A stretch of DNA of 64,000 bases from an uncultured Actinomycetes bacterium. GTDB taxonomy: Bacteria; Actinomycetota; Thermoleophilia; RBG-16-64-13. Shown here piece by piece: positions 26,952 through 38,535 of this stretch. The notes below the pieces were generated by a model. That model saw only the letters and a program-made list of their open reading frames with translations, made no database searches and was not told the DNA's origin. The position numbers and the translations under genes were made by a program. Numbering within the stretch: the first letter of the stretch is position 1; each line of letters starts with the position of its first letter. The stretch covers positions 416,001 through 480,000 of the forward strand of contig CAWJDT010000001.1 of the NCBI GenBank assembly GCA_963841735.1. The letters are read 5' to 3'.

Positions 26952-28151
26952 CTAGCCCTCCTTCCCGTCGGTCGGGGCGGGCGCGGTCGGCGCCGCTCCG
27001 GCGGGCGTCGCGCCGCTCGCACGCCGGCGCGCAGTCCGCCACGGTGCGCACCGGGTCGCCGCCGCGGTGTCCGTCGCACCCGGCGCCCCCATCACCCGCA
27101 CCACCTCGCGGATATCGATGCGCGTCGGGCAGTGCATGATGCAGCGACCGCAGCCCGAGCAGAGCAGGCTGTCGTATTTGTCGGGGTAGTACCAGAACTT
27201 GTGGCTGAAGCGGTTGCGGAACCGGTTCGACTTTGCCGCCCGCGGGTTGTGGCCCGAGGTCTCCTCGGTGTAGAGGGGATTGAAGCAGTTGTCCCACACC
27301 CGGTAGCGGTCGCCGGTGCTCTCCACCAGGGAGTCGTTGATGCTGAAGCAGTAGCAATTGGGACACACGTAGGTGCAGGTGCCGCAGGAGATGCAGCGCA
27401 TGCCCAGGTCGTGCCAGTTCTGGTGCGCGATGTTGTCGTGCAGGTTGTCGCGGATGCCGTCGAGCGCGAAGGGCACGTCCACCTTGGTGGTCGCCTTGAC
27501 CTTCACCTCGGCCGCCGCGGCGGTCTGAGCTTCGGTGGCGTCGGCGAGCACCGCAGATGCCGCCGCCAGCGCCGCCTCGCCCTTCTCGGTGAAAGCCTCC
27601 ACCGTGAAGCCGCCCTCCACCTGGGTGAAGAGCGCGTCCACGCCTTCGTGCCCGGCCGGACAGCCGCCGATGGCCGTGCAGAAGCACGTCGAGCGCGGGT
27701 CGCGGCAGGTGAGCGCCAGCAGCGTGGTCGCCTCCCGCCGGGCGTTGTACAGCGGGTCGAAGTAGAAGCCGCCGTAGCCGCCGAACACCTGGTCCATCTG
27801 CACAAAGCCGCGGGCGTCGCAGGGGCGCAGGCCGAAGATCACCTGGGCCGGGGCCTCGTTCAGGGCTTCCACCGCCACCGTCTCGTGGGGGATGGCCGCC
27901 TCGCCCTCGGCGCCCTCAGGATCCGGTGCCATCTCGTAGCCGAACTTCAGATAGGTCTCGGTCTGCAGGAACACGCACTCCTTGGGCGACTGCTTGGCCA
28001 GCAGCACGTCCAGCTCGACGTCCTTGCCCTCCGCCCAGGGCTGGAACTGCACCACGCCGTCGGTCTTGATGGGCGCCACCACGCGCGCCTCTTGCGCGAG
28101 AGCCTTCAGGAAGGCCGGCAGCTGCATCAGAGACAAGAATTTGATCGCCAT
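26952..28151 (-). CDS. flxB: 4Fe-4S dicluster protein FlxB (AsrA-like)
   Basis: GLRPCD, CISCGTCTYVCPNCYC, CSGCGRCIMHCP. Confidence 0.8.
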   Translation of the reverse strand: MAIKFLSLMQLPAFLKALAQEARVVAPIKTDGVVQFQPWAEGKDVELDVLLAKQSPKECVFLQTETYLKFGYEMAPDPEGAEGEAAIPHETVAVEALNEAPAQVIFGLRPCDARGFVQMDQVFGGYGGFYFDPLYNARREATTLLALTCRDPRSTCFCTAIGGCPAGHEGVDALFTQVEGGFTVEAFTEKGEAALAAASAVLADATEAQTAAAAEVKVKATTKVDVPFALDGIRDNLHDNIAHQNWHDLGMRCISCGTCTYVCPNCYCFSINDSLVESTGDRYRVWDNCFNPLYTEETSGHNPRAAKSNRFRNRFSHKFWYYPDKYDSLLCSGCGRCIMHCPTRIDIREVVRVMGAPGATDTAAATRCAPWRTARRRASGATPAGAAPTAPAPTDGKEG

Positions 28152-28162
28152 CGTCCCTCCTC

Positions 28163-29130
28163 TCAGTCGCCGAATTGGTCGGTCAGGTCGAACACCTGGA
28201 ACACCGGCTTCTCACCGAGCTTGGTGCCCGGTTCAAAGCCGAACATGTCGTAGATCTCCTTGTTCATCTTGCGGTGCAGCAGCGACAGCGGGATCTCCAC
28301 CGGACAGGCCCGGTCGCAGGCTCCGCACGACGGGCAACGGCCGGCCACGTGGAACATGTGCACCATCTGGAACAACAGGTTCTCCTTGGTGCCCACCTTC
28401 TGGCTCACCAGCTCCGGCTGACGCGAGCGGTTGACGCACTTGTCCCAGCACACGCACACCGGGCATACGTGGATGCAGGCGAAGCAGCGCACGCAGGTGG
28501 AGTAGACGCTCTCCAGCACCTGCTGCTTGGCGTCGTCGGAGAGGGTCTCGTAGACGGAAGATGTCGCTCCAGTCGGGCTTCGTGTGCTCGCGGTCGGGCT
28601 CGGGCACCAGCGGTCCGGCCACGTCGTCCGCGTAGATGGCGTTGGGGTAGCGGCAGGTACTGCACACATCGAGCAGCATCCCGTGTTTGGGAAAGTCTTT
28701 CGTCTCCCCTTGCCTGGTGGTGACGGTCACGGTGTCTCCGGAGCTGGAGATGTCCACCAGTTCGTCCGCGAACTGCTTCTCCAGCTTGCGCCGGTCGACG
28801 ATGCCGTCACAGGGCACTCCCACCACGTACAGCTTCGCCTTGTCTACCAGCTCCTCCTGGAGCAGCGCCACCAGGGTGCGGCTGTCGCATCCCTTGACGC
28901 AGAGGCCTATCTTGGCATCGACAGGGTCGGGCATGTTGCGTTTGATGAAGGTCACCAGGTTGTGGTGGCACAGATCGTTCCAAACAAGTTGCTCCACCTG
29001 GGCCGGGTCTTTCACAAACGCCGGGATGACCTCCGAAGCGTTGTGACCCTGTTTCCAACCGATGAAGTAGTCCACGCGGCCGTCGGTGAGCGCCTTGGCG
29101 GCGAACTCGCGGATGTGGTCTTCGTCTCAC
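28163..29130 (-). CDS. flxC: 4Fe-4S protein FlxC (frameshifted)
   Basis: KGCDSR, CVRCFACIHVCP, AGRCPSCGACDRACP. Confidence 0.75.
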
Positions 29131-29630
29131 AGGGCCCTCCCTTCACGAGGGCCGAGCTTCTCCACGCCGGCCACGAACTCGGTGACCACCTTCTGCCAGC
29201 GCTGGCCTTCGGAGGCCGAGACCCAGGTCCACTTGAAGCGCTCCTTGGGGATGCCCAGGTGGTGGATCATGCGCTCCAGCAGTTCGAACTTGCGCCGGGC
29301 GTAGTAGTTGCCTTCGGAGTAGTGGCAGTCACCGGGATGGCAGCCGCTGATGAGCACGCCGTCGGCGCCTTTCTCGAAGGCCTTGAGGGCGAACAGCGGG
29401 TCGATGCGTCCCGTGCAGGGCACCCGGACAAGGCGCAGGTTGGGCGGCTGCTTGAAACGGCCGACACCGGCGGTGTCGGCGCCGGCGTAGCTGCACCAGT
29501 TGCAGACGATGCCGATGATCTTGACCGGACGGTCGCCGGCCGCAGAGCGCCGGAGGCGCCGGGCGTCGCGGCCGCCTGGTGCGGCCCCCGAAGCGGCGCC
29601 GCTGGCTTGAGTTGTCGTTGTTTCAGCCAT
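29127..29630 (-). CDS. flxD: MvhD-like [2Fe-2S] subunit FlxD
   Basis: CNWCSYAGAD, RVPCTGR, GCHPGDCHY. Confidence 0.85.
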   Translation of the reverse strand: MAETTTTQASGAASGAAPGGRDARRLRRSAAGDRPVKIIGIVCNWCSYAGADTAGVGRFKQPPNLRLVRVPCTGRIDPLFALKAFEKGADGVLISGCHPGDCHYSEGNYYARRKFELLERMIHHLGIPKERFKWTWVSASEGQRWQKVVTEFVAGVEKLGPREGRAL

Positions 29631-29632
29631 CT

Positions 29633-31614
29633 TCACCGCCTTCCTGTTGTTGATGGTTGGAGGACTTCTTCGATCTGGTCCAGGATGGCATCCGTGGGGA
29701 AGCCCTTCAGCGCGATGCAGTTGACCGGGCAGGTGGCCACGCAGACGCCGCAGCCCTGGCAGACCGTCTCGATCACGTGGCTCTTGAACTCGCCGTTGCG
29801 CTGCTCCTGCTTCTCGGGAGCGCTGAACGGGCAGACCTCGATGCACTTCCAGCACGACACACAGTTCTTCTGCTCGACTATGGCGATCATGGGGCTGGTC
29901 TTGAGCTTGTCGTGCGACAGCAGGCCGACGACCTTGGAAGCGGTGCCGCTCGCCTGGGCCACCGTGGCCGGGATGTCCTTGGGCGCCTGGCAGGCGCCGG
30001 CCAGGAAGACGCCGGCGGTATTGGTCTCCACGGGGCGCAGCTTGGGATGGCCCTCTTTGAGAAAGCCAAACTCGTCGTAGCTGATGTTGAGCTTCTGGGC
30101 CAGCTCTTTGGCGCCGGGAGCGGCCTGGATGCCGGTGGCCAGCACCACCAGGTCGGCGGCGATCTCCACCTGCTCGCCCAGCAGGGTGTCCGACCCGCGC
30201 ACCATGACCTTGCCGTCCTGCTCGTAGAGCTTGGAGACGCGGCCCCGCACGTACTTGACGCCATACTCCGTCTGCACGCGCTTGATGAACTCCTCGTAGC
30301 CCTTGCCGGTAGCGCGGATGTCGATGTAGAACACGTAGACCTCGGTGCCCATGCCCACATGGTCTTTGGTCAGCAGCGCCTGCTTGGCCGTATACATGCA
30401 GCACACGCTGGAGCAGTAGGGCCGGTTCACCGATTCGTCCCGGGAGCCCACGCACTGGATGAACACCACCGTCTTCGGGTCTTCGCCGTTGGAGAGACGG
30501 TGCACGTGGCCGCCGGAGGGGCCGGAGGCGTTCAGCATCCGCTCGTACTGCAGTCCGGAGATGACGTCCTTGATCTTGCCCGAGCCGTATTCGTGGTAGT
30601 GCTCTTCCCAGGGGAAGACGTCCAGGCCGGTGGCCACCACGATGGCGCCGAACTTCTTCTCGACTATCTCTTCCTTCTGGTCGTAGTCGATGGCGTCGGC
30701 GGGACAGACCTTCTCGCACACCCGGCACTTGCCCTGGGTGAACCAGCGGCAGTAGTCCACCTGGATGGCGGCCCGCTTGGGCACCGCCTGCGGGAAGGGG
30801 ATGTAGATGGCCTTGGTGGGCTCCAACCGGACGTTGAACGAGTCGGGAGCTTTCGCGGGACATTTTTGAACGCAGAGTTCGCATCCGATGCACTTGGTCC
30901 AGTCGACCATGGAGGCTTTCTTGCGGATATCCACGGTGAAGTTGCCCACATAGCCGGCGACTTTGTCGATCTCGCAGTAGGCCATGAGCGTGATGTTCTC
31001 GTGCTGGGCACAGTCGACCATGCGCGGAGTGAGGATGCAGGCCGAGCAGTCGATGGTGGGGAAGGTCTTGTCGAGCTTGGCCATGACCCCGCCGATGGTG
31101 GTCTCCTTCTCGACGATGGTGACCTTGAGGCCCGCGTCGGCCAGATCGAGCGCGGCCTGGATGCCCGCGACCCCGCCGCCGATGACCAGCACGTCTTTGT
31201 TGACCTCCACCTCGTTGGCCCAGAGAGGCTCGAGCTGGCGGGCCTTGGCGACGGACATCTTGATGATGTCCCAGGCCTTCTCGGTGCCCACCGGCTTGTC
31301 TGGGTGGATCCAGGAGCAGTGCTCGCGGATGTTGGCCATCTCGAACAGGTAGGGGTTGAGACCGCCCTTGTCGACGCAGCGCCGGAAGGTGACCTCGTGC
31401 ATGTGTGGCGAGCAGGCGGACACGACCACCCGGTCGAGCTTCTTGTCTTGGATGGCCTTCTGGATGGCGGCCTGCCCGGCTCGGAGCAGGTGTACAGATG
31501 TTCTCGGAGTGGACGACGTCCTTGAGGCTGAGGGCCCGCTTGGCTACCTCGGCCACGTCGACGGTGCCGGCGATATTGCGTGCCGCAGTGGCAGACGAAG
31601 ACTCCTATCCTCAT
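29633..31614 (-). CDS. hdrA: Heterodisulfide reductase subunit A (frameshifts near 5' end)
   Basis: MRIGVFVCHCG, ANIREHCSW, GGGVAG, LDKTFPT, QCVGSRD. Confidence 0.92.
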
Positions 31615-32658
31615 GGCGCCACCTCCGCGTCCGTGCCGGGCGTGGCTCCGGAGCCACTGGCGCCGCTGGGGTCGGCGCCGCGGCCGCGCGGCGGCCTTGG
31701 CGGCCCGCGCCGCCTCCTTGGCGGCGCGCGCCGCCTCCTTGGCAGCCTTCTCCGCAGCCTTGCGCTCTTCCTCAGCCTTGACGACGGCCGCCTCGGCGAC
31801 CACCCGCTTGATCAGCGGCTCGGGGTCGACCACGTTCTTGTTCAGTTGCACGTCGGCGGCGCTGAGGCCCAAGGCCAGGCCCAGCACTTGCGACAGGTAG
31901 AAAATGGGCACCTTGTAGTCGGTGCCCAGGAAGCTGTTGATCTGCGCCTGCTTCAGATCGAGGTTGACGTGGCAGAGCGGGCAGCACACCACGATGGCCT
32001 CGGCCCCAGCGGCCAGCGCCTGCTCGATGACCTTGCCGCTCAGCCGCCGCTGGATCTCGGCCTTGGGCATGCCCACGCTGGCGCCGCAGCACTCGGTCTT
32101 GTAGTTCCACCACTTGACGTCGGCGCCGGCGGCCTGCAGCAGCAGGTCCATCTTCATGGGCTGCTCGTTGTCGCACTCGTTGGTGAGGTCGCTCGGCCGG
32201 CCCAGAAGGCAGCCGTAGTACGGCACCACCTTGAGCTGCGAGAGGTCGGTCTTGACCAGCGAGGCGATCTTCTCCTCGCCCACGAAGTTCACCAGGTATT
32301 CGGGAAGAGAGTAGACCATGACCTTGCCGTCGTAGGGCTTGTCGAGCACCTCGTTGACCTCGGCCCGGAAGGCGTCGTCGGTGTGGATCTCTATCTGCGC
32401 GTTCTTCTCGCGCTGGTAGCAGGAGGGGCAGGGAGCCAGCAACTCGTCGCCCACCTCGGCCGCCTGGCGCAGGTTGCGCGCGGCCAGGGACTGAGCCAGC
32501 AGGTGGTCCATCATGTGAGCGGGGGTGGAGCCGCAGCACGTCCAGTCCGGCACTTCCTTGTACTCCACGCCAAGAACAGCGAGCACCTTGCGGGTGGAGA
32601 CGTCGAACTCGCCCGACGACTTGTGCAGAGAGCAACCGGGGTAGTAAGCGAGGCTCAT
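31615..32658 (-). CDS. hdrB: Heterodisulfide reductase subunit B (3' end uncertain)
   Basis: YYPGCS, WTCCG, YYGC, ECCG, CPLC. Confidence 0.9.
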
Positions 32659-33356
32659 GCCGCCACCTCGCCTTTGCCGGCGCCGCCCGACGCCGCGCTG
32701 GGCGCGCCGTGCGCGCCTCCCGGCGCCGCGGCCGCGGCCGCCCCGGCCGCGTCAGCGGAGGCCTGTGCCCGCGCCTTGGCCTCGGCCTTCTCGTAAGCCT
32801 GGGCCTTAGCCATAGTCTTCTTGTAGATGCGGCTGACCTCCGCGGTGCCCTTGGCTCGGCGCGGGATGAACGAAAGCTTCCGCTTAGTCACCATGGGCAC
32901 CATCAGGCCCATGTCACCCATGGCCATCTTGGGATTCATAGTCCCGGTGTAGAACATGGCCATCATTAGGAACTCGGGCAGCCTGCCAAAGCGGGCCACC
33001 GCTCCCATGAAGGCCTTGTTGAAGGTATTGGCGTGCTCGGGGACGTCTCGCCCCTGGGCGACAGCGATGGTCTTGAGATCTTCAAAAATGCCGGCGATAT
33101 CGATGTTGCGCGGGCAACGCGCCGTGCAGGTGAGGCACTGGACGCACAACTGGACCGCCTTGGAGTCCAGCACCCGCTCGACCAAGCCCACTTGGAGCAG
33201 CCGCATGATCTGGTTGGGAGTGTAGTCAAAAGTGAAAGCGGCCGGGCAACCTGCGGAGCAATTGCCGCACTGGTAACACTCGCGGACATCAGCCTGCACC
33301 CTTTTGACCAATTTCTCCCGATAGAACGCTGCTTGCTCTGCGTCGTATCGGATCAA
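32655..33356 (-). CDS. hdrC: Heterodisulfide reductase subunit C
   Basis: CYQCGNCSAGCP, CVQCLTCTARCP. Confidence 0.88.
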   Translation of the reverse strand: MIRYDAEQAAFYREKLVKRVQADVRECYQCGNCSAGCPAAFTFDYTPNQIMRLLQVGLVERVLDSKAVQLCVQCLTCTARCPRNIDIAGIFEDLKTIAVAQGRDVPEHANTFNKAFMGAVARFGRLPEFLMMAMFYTGTMNPKMAMGDMGLMVPMVTKRKLSFIPRRAKGTAEVSRIYKKTMAKAQAYEKAEAKARAQASADAAGAAAAAAPGGAHGAPSAASGGAGKGEVAA

Positions 33357-33575
33357 TCCAACCCTCCTAAAACGACCGACTGCTACTGGTCCTCCTGAGC
33401 AAGTGCGACCAGCAGCCGTTGGTCCAGAAGATAGGAGGGCTGGCGCGATGCACCAGGCGGCCAGTATATCATTGGGGACTTTTTGTTCGGGGTACAGTGC
33501 GGGTCGACAGCGAGGCGCATAGCCCCCTCGCAAGCCCTTGCGGGGCCGCCGAGGGGGCGCTCGTCAAGCCCTTAG

Positions 33576-34280
33576 CTACAAGGTGAAGTCCTTGTTCTCA
33601 CCACCCAGATTCGGGTAGATATCCGCTATGGGGGAGTAGTCGGTGATCGGATTGCCCTCCAAGTACAGAGTCGCAAGCTTCGTCATGCCTGCCAAAGGAG
33701 AGAGGTCCGTAATCTGGTCGCCCTTGATCCACAGACTCTCCATCTGCGTCATGCCCGCGAGAGCGCTTATATCGGTGATCTTCTCATTGCCCCATATCCA
33801 AAGATCCTTCATGCCAGTCAGCCCCTCTAGCGGGCTTATGTCCGCGAGATTGCAGCAGGCCACGTAGAGGCATTCCAGCTTGGTCAGCCCAGACAACACG
33901 CTGATATCAATATCTTTGCCGTCGTCATATAGCGCCCAGTTGAGGTTCAGACTGGTGAGATTGGGGAAGTACGCAAGGTCCGAGATGTCCTTGACTCTCG
34001 CTATGGGAACGCCACCCTCCATCTGAAGGTCCAGCTGAGTGACTGCCTGGGCCTCGGTCACCGTGACGTCACCCTCGGGCTTGTTCATCGCCTTGCGTAC
34101 CAAGCCCTCGAGCACCGTGTCTGTGAATACAACGGGCGACACGGGGTCAGCGGGCGATATGACATCGGTGGTGACAGCGGAGACAGAAGTGGCGGTCTCG
34201 TCGGTCGCACCCGAACCACATGCAGTTGACCCTATTGCAACCAGCGTGATCAGCGCGACAACCAGCAGCATTTTCTTCAT
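33576..34280 (-). CDS. Leucine-rich-repeat (internalin-like) lipoprotein
   Basis: Lipobox STAC; I.DISxLxG repeats. Confidence 0.8.
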   Translation of the reverse strand: MKKMLLVVALITLVAIGSTACGSGATDETATSVSAVTTDVISPADPVSPVVFTDTVLEGLVRKAMNKPEGDVTVTEAQAVTQLDLQMEGGVPIARVKDISDLAYFPNLTSLNLNWALYDDGKDIDISVLSGLTKLECLYVACCNLADISPLEGLTGMKDLWIWGNEKITDISALAGMTQMESLWIKGDQITDLSPLAGMTKLATLYLEGNPITDYSPIADIYPNLGGENKDFTL

Positions 34281-34399
34281 GGACCATCCTTCCTTGCGTT
34301 TACAGTGCGACAAAGCTCACAGCTCACCACTGTAGCAGTAGCGGCAGGGACCCCTCGACTCAAAGAGAACCCCGCGACCCGCGAAGATTCTTCATGCGA

Positions 34400-34549
34400 C
34401 TACTCTTTTGCCAGCAACGCGCGCGCCGCCGAGACGCGCCCGCGTTGGGTGATTACCACTGGCTCTTTCGACGCCGTCACTCGTTTGATGACGCCGGCGG
34501 TGTCTTGGCGAAGATCGGAGATGGGTATGATCTCGGGCAAAGCAGTCAT
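34400..34549 (-). pseudogene. Short Phd/YefM antitoxin remnant
   Basis: MTALPEIIPISDLRQ...EPVVITQRGR; 49 aa; GGTAC boxes upstream. Confidence 0.6.
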
Positions 34550-34603
34550 TGAAAGCATCTCTTATGGTACGTGCAATGGTACCGCTGGACAGTCACCAAT
34601 CCG

Positions 34604-34918
34604 TCAGATCGACACTCTCAGCTTAAGCCCCAAAGACCGGAGGACCTTCTGCACCGTCGCGAATTCCGGATTGCCCTGCTCCGACAGCGCCTTGTACAGG
34701 CTCTCGCGCCCCAGCCCTGTGTCGCGAGACACTTGGGTCATGCCCTTGGCCCTGGCTACGTCGCCGAGGGCAGCAAGGAGTAGTTCCTGGTCGTCCTCCT
34801 CTAGAACCGCGTTGAGATAGCCGACGATCTCCTCGTCGGAGTTCAGGTAGCGTGTGACATCCCAGCGACGAAGCTTGATCTTGGTCTCTCCCTGAGTCTC
34901 CACTCTGCTCACATCCAA
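34604..34918 (-). CDS. Addiction module antidote protein (HTH)
   Basis: ALGDVARAKGMTQVS..TGLGRESLYKALS..GNP. Confidence 0.9.
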   Translation of the reverse strand: MDVSRVETQGETKIKLRRWDVTRYLNSDEEIVGYLNAVLEEDDQELLLAALGDVARAKGMTQVSRDTGLGRESLYKALSEQGNPEFATVQKVLRSLGLKLRVSI

Positions 34919-35214
34919 CCCTCCATTGCCTCCCGGACCAGCCGCCTCGCTCGCGCGATGTCTCGCGCCTGGCTGGCCTTGTCGCCGCCGGCCAGAAGAA
35001 GGATCACGGCCCCACCTTGCCGGGTGAAGTACACGCGATATCCCGGCCCGTAGTCGATGCGAAGTTCATACGCGCCGCCTCCCACCGACTGGAAGTCGCC
35101 TGGGTTCCCGAGTATGAGGCGCCGCACTCGCGCCTCGATCCGCTGGCGTGCTTCCCGGTCTCGAAGTGCTTCGAACCAGCGCCAGTATTCGCTTGTCTCG
35201 ATGATCTCGAACAT
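34909..35214 (-). CDS. Addiction module killer protein (RelE/ParE superfamily)
   Basis: GNPGD..ELRIDYGPGYRVYF..LLAGGDK. Confidence 0.9.
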   Translation of the reverse strand: MFEIIETSEYWRWFEALRDREARQRIEARVRRLILGNPGDFQSVGGGAYELRIDYGPGYRVYFTRQGGAVILLLAGGDKASQARDIARARRLVREAMEGWM

Positions 35215-35415
35215 CTGTATTGTATCCCATAAGATACGGGCGCGCAATCAGCGCCCGGTTGGGGTTCCCTGGACACTGATTGTGCAGAGGGCGCGAAGGC
35301 GGAGAGTCAGTCGTTGGACTGACCTTGGAGACCCCGCTGGGTCGGGTCGACGCGGCGGTCAGGCGTGGCTCCGCCTGCCCCAGACGATGCACCAGTCAGA
35401 TGCGAGCCGGTTCGA

Positions 35416-36166
35416 TCAGCGGAGCGGCACCCCGGCAGCTGTCTTGACCATCTCCAGGAAGTACTCGTGCAGCCGAGTGTCGTCGCTCAGTTCGGGGTGA
35501 AAGGCCACAGCCATCATCTGGCCCTGCCGCACACCGACGATGTGGTCGCCACACCTTGCTATGACCTCCACCCCGGGGCCGACCTCTTCAACCCACGGAG
35601 CGCGTATGAAGATGCCGTGAAAGTCGTCGCAGGGTCGGCGCGCGGCGGCGCCAGGCGCGGGCGCCGCGGGCGTTGCGGCCGCCGCGGGCGCCGCGCCGCC
35701 GGCCGCGGCCCCTCCGGCCCCGGCCGCCCCCAGGCTGAGCTCCACCGGACCCTCAAAGCTGCGCGACTGCCGCCCGAAGGCGTTGCGGCGCACGGTGATG
35801 TCCATCACCTGCAGCAAGGGTTGCTCGCCGTCGGTGGTGTGTTTGGCCAACATGATGAGTCCGGCACAGGTACCGAACACCGGATGATTCTTGACAAAAT
35901 CGCGCAGCGGCTCCATCAGCTTGTACGTCCTCCAGGAGCAGGCCGATGGTGGTGCTCTCGCCGCCGGGGATCATGAGGCCGTCCAGCCCCTCCAGGTCGC
36001 GCGGTAGACGGACCTCGGTCACCTTGGCGCCGAGCCCGCGCAGCATGCGCACGTGCTCGCGAAAAGCGCCTTGTAGCGCAAGGACTCCTACACGAGGCTG
36101 CGCCCCAGTGGGCGGAACGGTGCCGCTCGAGCCGGCCGTGTCGGGCGAGGGAGTGCCGCCGGCCAC
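35416..36166 (-). CDS. pdxT: PLP synthase glutaminase subunit (frameshifted)
   Basis: GVLALQG, PGGESTT, GTCAG, RNAFGRQ, FHPE. Confidence 0.9.
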
Positions 36167-36167
36167 G

Positions 36168-37052
36168 CTACCAGCCGCGGTGCTGGATGAGCTTCTCCGG
36201 GTCGATCTGGCCGATCTCGAGGCCCGGCATGGCGTCGCCCAGTCCTTGGGAGACCTCAGCCAGGATCTTGGCGTCCTGATAGTGCGTGGTGGCCTGCACG
36301 ATGGCCTTGGCCCTGCCGGCCGGATCGGCGCTCTTGAAGATGCCCGAGCCCACGAAGACGCCATCGGCGCCCAGCTGCATCATGAGGGCCGCGTCAGCCG
36401 GCGTGGCGATGCCGCCCGCCGAGAAGTTGACCACCGGCAGCGTGCCGTTCTTGGCCACCCAAGCGACCAAGTCGTAAGGCGCCCGATGTTCCTTGGCCAT
36501 GGCGAAGAGCTCGTCCTCATCCATGGCTGTGAGAGCCTTCATCTCGCCCACGATGGTGCGCATGTGCCGCACGGCCTCCACCACGTTGCCGGTGCCGGCC
36601 TCGCCCTTGGTGCGGATCATGGCCGCGCCTTCGCTGATGCGGCGCAGAGCTTCGCCCAAGTTGGTAGCCCCGCACACGAAAGGCACGGTGAACTTCCACT
36701 TGTTGATGTGGTGGGACTCGTCGGCGGGAGTGAGCACTTCGCTCTCGTCGATGTAGTCGATCTCCAACGCTTCGAGTATCTGCGCCTCGACGAAGTGTCC
36801 GATACGGGCCTTGGCCATGACCGGGATGCTCACGGCCTTCTGGATGGCCACGATCATCTCGGGATCGGACATGCGGGCTACGCCGCCATCCCTGCGTATA
36901 TCTGCGGGCACGCGCTCCAGAGCCATGACGGCGCAGGCGCCCGCCTCCTCGGCGATGCGGGCCTGCTCAGCGGTGGTGACGTCCATGATGACCCCGCCCT
37001 TGAGCATCTCGGCGAGACCCGTCTTGACTCTAAGTGTTCCTTCTTCTCTCAT
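36168..37052 (-). CDS. pdxS: PLP synthase lyase subunit
   Basis: [30 protein letters not shown]. Confidence 0.97.
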   Translation of the reverse strand: MREEGTLRVKTGLAEMLKGGVIMDVTTAEQARIAEEAGACAVMALERVPADIRRDGGVARMSDPEMIVAIQKAVSIPVMAKARIGHFVEAQILEALEIDYIDESEVLTPADESHHINKWKFTVPFVCGATNLGEALRRISEGAAMIRTKGEAGTGNVVEAVRHMRTIVGEMKALTAMDEDELFAMAKEHRAPYDLVAWVAKNGTLPVVNFSAGGIATPADAALMMQLGADGVFVGSGIFKSADPAGRAKAIVQATTHYQDAKILAEVSQGLGDAMPGLEIGQIDPEKLIQHRGW

Positions 37053-37081
37053 GACCGACCCTTCCGTGCAATTTAGGCCGT

Positions 37082-37474
37082 CTATGATACATCCGCCCCG
37101 CCCGGCGCGCCGCCGGCCGCGTCATGCGCTCTCACCTCCAGCAAAGACCGTATCGCCTCGGCTTGGTCTCGCCGCAACATCGCGGTGGTCAGGTCGCCTT
37201 GATCCTCGAAAGCGGTGGCCTCGATCTCAAGGGCTTGTTGCAGGAGCGCGAGGACGCGAGCGTCCACCTCAGCCAGTCTCAGCAGTGCGCCCAGACTCTG
37301 GGGGGCCAGATTCGAAGCCATGGCCGGATCCATGGACAACGCCAGGCCTATGGACTCACCGGCGACCTCGGGGCGCTCCTCTGGGTCCTTGACGCCGAGC
37401 TTGCCCAAGGCCGTTCTTATCATTGCACCCAACTGCTCGATAAGGCGCAGGATGTAGTCATTCTCTTGTCGCAA
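37082..37474 (-). CDS. Hypothetical protein (DYILRLIEQ family)
   Basis: ORF co-oriented within the operon. Confidence 0.65.
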   Translation of the reverse strand: MRQENDYILRLIEQLGAMIRTALGKLGVKDPEERPEVAGESIGLALSMDPAMASNLAPQSLGALLRLAEVDARVLALLQQALEIEATAFEDQGDLTTAMLRRDQAEAIRSLLEVRAHDAAGGAPGGADVS

Positions 37475-37497
37475 CAGGTGGTCCCCCTACTACTGAC

Positions 37498-38535
37498 TTA
37501 CGCGATACTCTCCACCAGGCTGTAGTCGGTGCGCCGCTGCGCGGGGACGAACCCGGCCCCCCGGATGGCATGGATGAGATCGGCGCTGTTGGCCTGGACA
37601 CTGAGGCCCGTAGCGGCCACCACGTTTTCCTCGATCATGGTGCTGCCCAGATCGTCGGCGCCAAAGCGCAGGGCCACCTGGCCCATCTTAAGACCCTGCG
37701 TGACCCACGAGGCCTGGATGTGGGGGATGTTGTCGAGGTATAGGCGGGAAACGGCCACCATCATGAGGTACTCCACTCCGGTGACCGGCCCGTAGATCCC
37801 CTCCAGCGCCGTATTCCCCGACTGGAAGCTCCAGGGGATGAAGGCCCGGAATCCGCCGGTCTCGTCCTGCAGCTCGCGGATGACGCGGAGGTGCTCCACC
37901 CGGTCCTCAAGCGTCTCCACGCTGCCGAACATCATGGTGGCCGTGCCGGGTATCCCCTGCAGATGGGCCTCGCGCATCACCTGCAGCCACGCCTTGGTGT
38001 CGGCCTTGCCCGGAGCCACCTGCCGGCGCACGCGGTCCACCAGGATCTCGGCCCCGCCACCGGGCAGCGAGTCCAACCCGGCCGCTTGCAGCCGCCGCAA
38101 GGTCTCGGCCGTGGTCAGTCCGCTCACCTGGGCGATGTGGACGATCTCGGGCGCCGAAAGCGAGTGGATGGTGATGTCGAAGCGCTCCTTGATCGAGCGA
38201 AACATGTCTTCGTAGTAGGCGATGTCCAGATCGGGATGCAGTCCGCCCTGCATCATCACCGCCGTGCCGCCTAGGTCGAGTGTCTCCTGGATCTTGGCGT
38301 GCAGGACGCCTTGGGAAAGCACGTAGGCCTCTGGCGAACCGGGGGCGCAGTAGAAGGCGCAGAACCGGCAACCCGAGGTGCAGACGTTGGTGAAGTTGAT
38401 GTTGCGGTCGACGATGAAAGTGGCCAGATTGCCCGGCACGGTGCGCTCGCGCACTTCGTGGGCTCGCGCCCCCACTTCGAGCAGGTCGTGCGAGCGCAGC
38501 AGCTCCAGGGCCTCACGCTCGGTCATCCGGGTCAT
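37498..38535 (-). CDS. mqnC: Cyclic dehypoxanthine futalosine synthase
   Basis: Radical SAM CxxxCxxC, QGGLHP, GSTMIEENV. Confidence 0.9.
   Translation of the reverse strand: MTRMTEREALELLRSHDLLEVGARAHEVRERTVPGNLATFIVDRNINFTNVCTSGCRFCAFYCAPGSPEAYVLSQGVLHAKIQETLDLGGTAVMMQGGLHPDLDIAYYEDMFRSIKERFDITIHSLSAPEIVHIAQVSGLTTAETLRRLQAAGLDSLPGGGAEILVDRVRRQVAPGKADTKAWLQVMREAHLQGIPGTATMMFGSVETLEDRVEHLRVIRELQDETGGFRAFIPWSFQSGNTALEGIYGPVTGVEYLMMVAVSRLYLDNIPHIQASWVTQGLKMGQVALRFGADDLGSTMIEENVVAATGLSVQANSADLIHAIRGAGFVPAQRRTDYSLVESIA

Noticed and set aside
29127-31614. Selenocysteine recoding in hdrA/flxD
   Set aside because: The motifs I could read use Cys codons; ORF breaks are frameshifts, not in-frame TGA.
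26424-32796. Long plus-strand ORFs (609, 498, 622, 463 aa) and the 809 aa minus ORF
   Set aside because: Shadow ORFs of high-GC hdr/flx genes without protein motifs of their own; only the end of the 809 aa ORF is real (FlxD).
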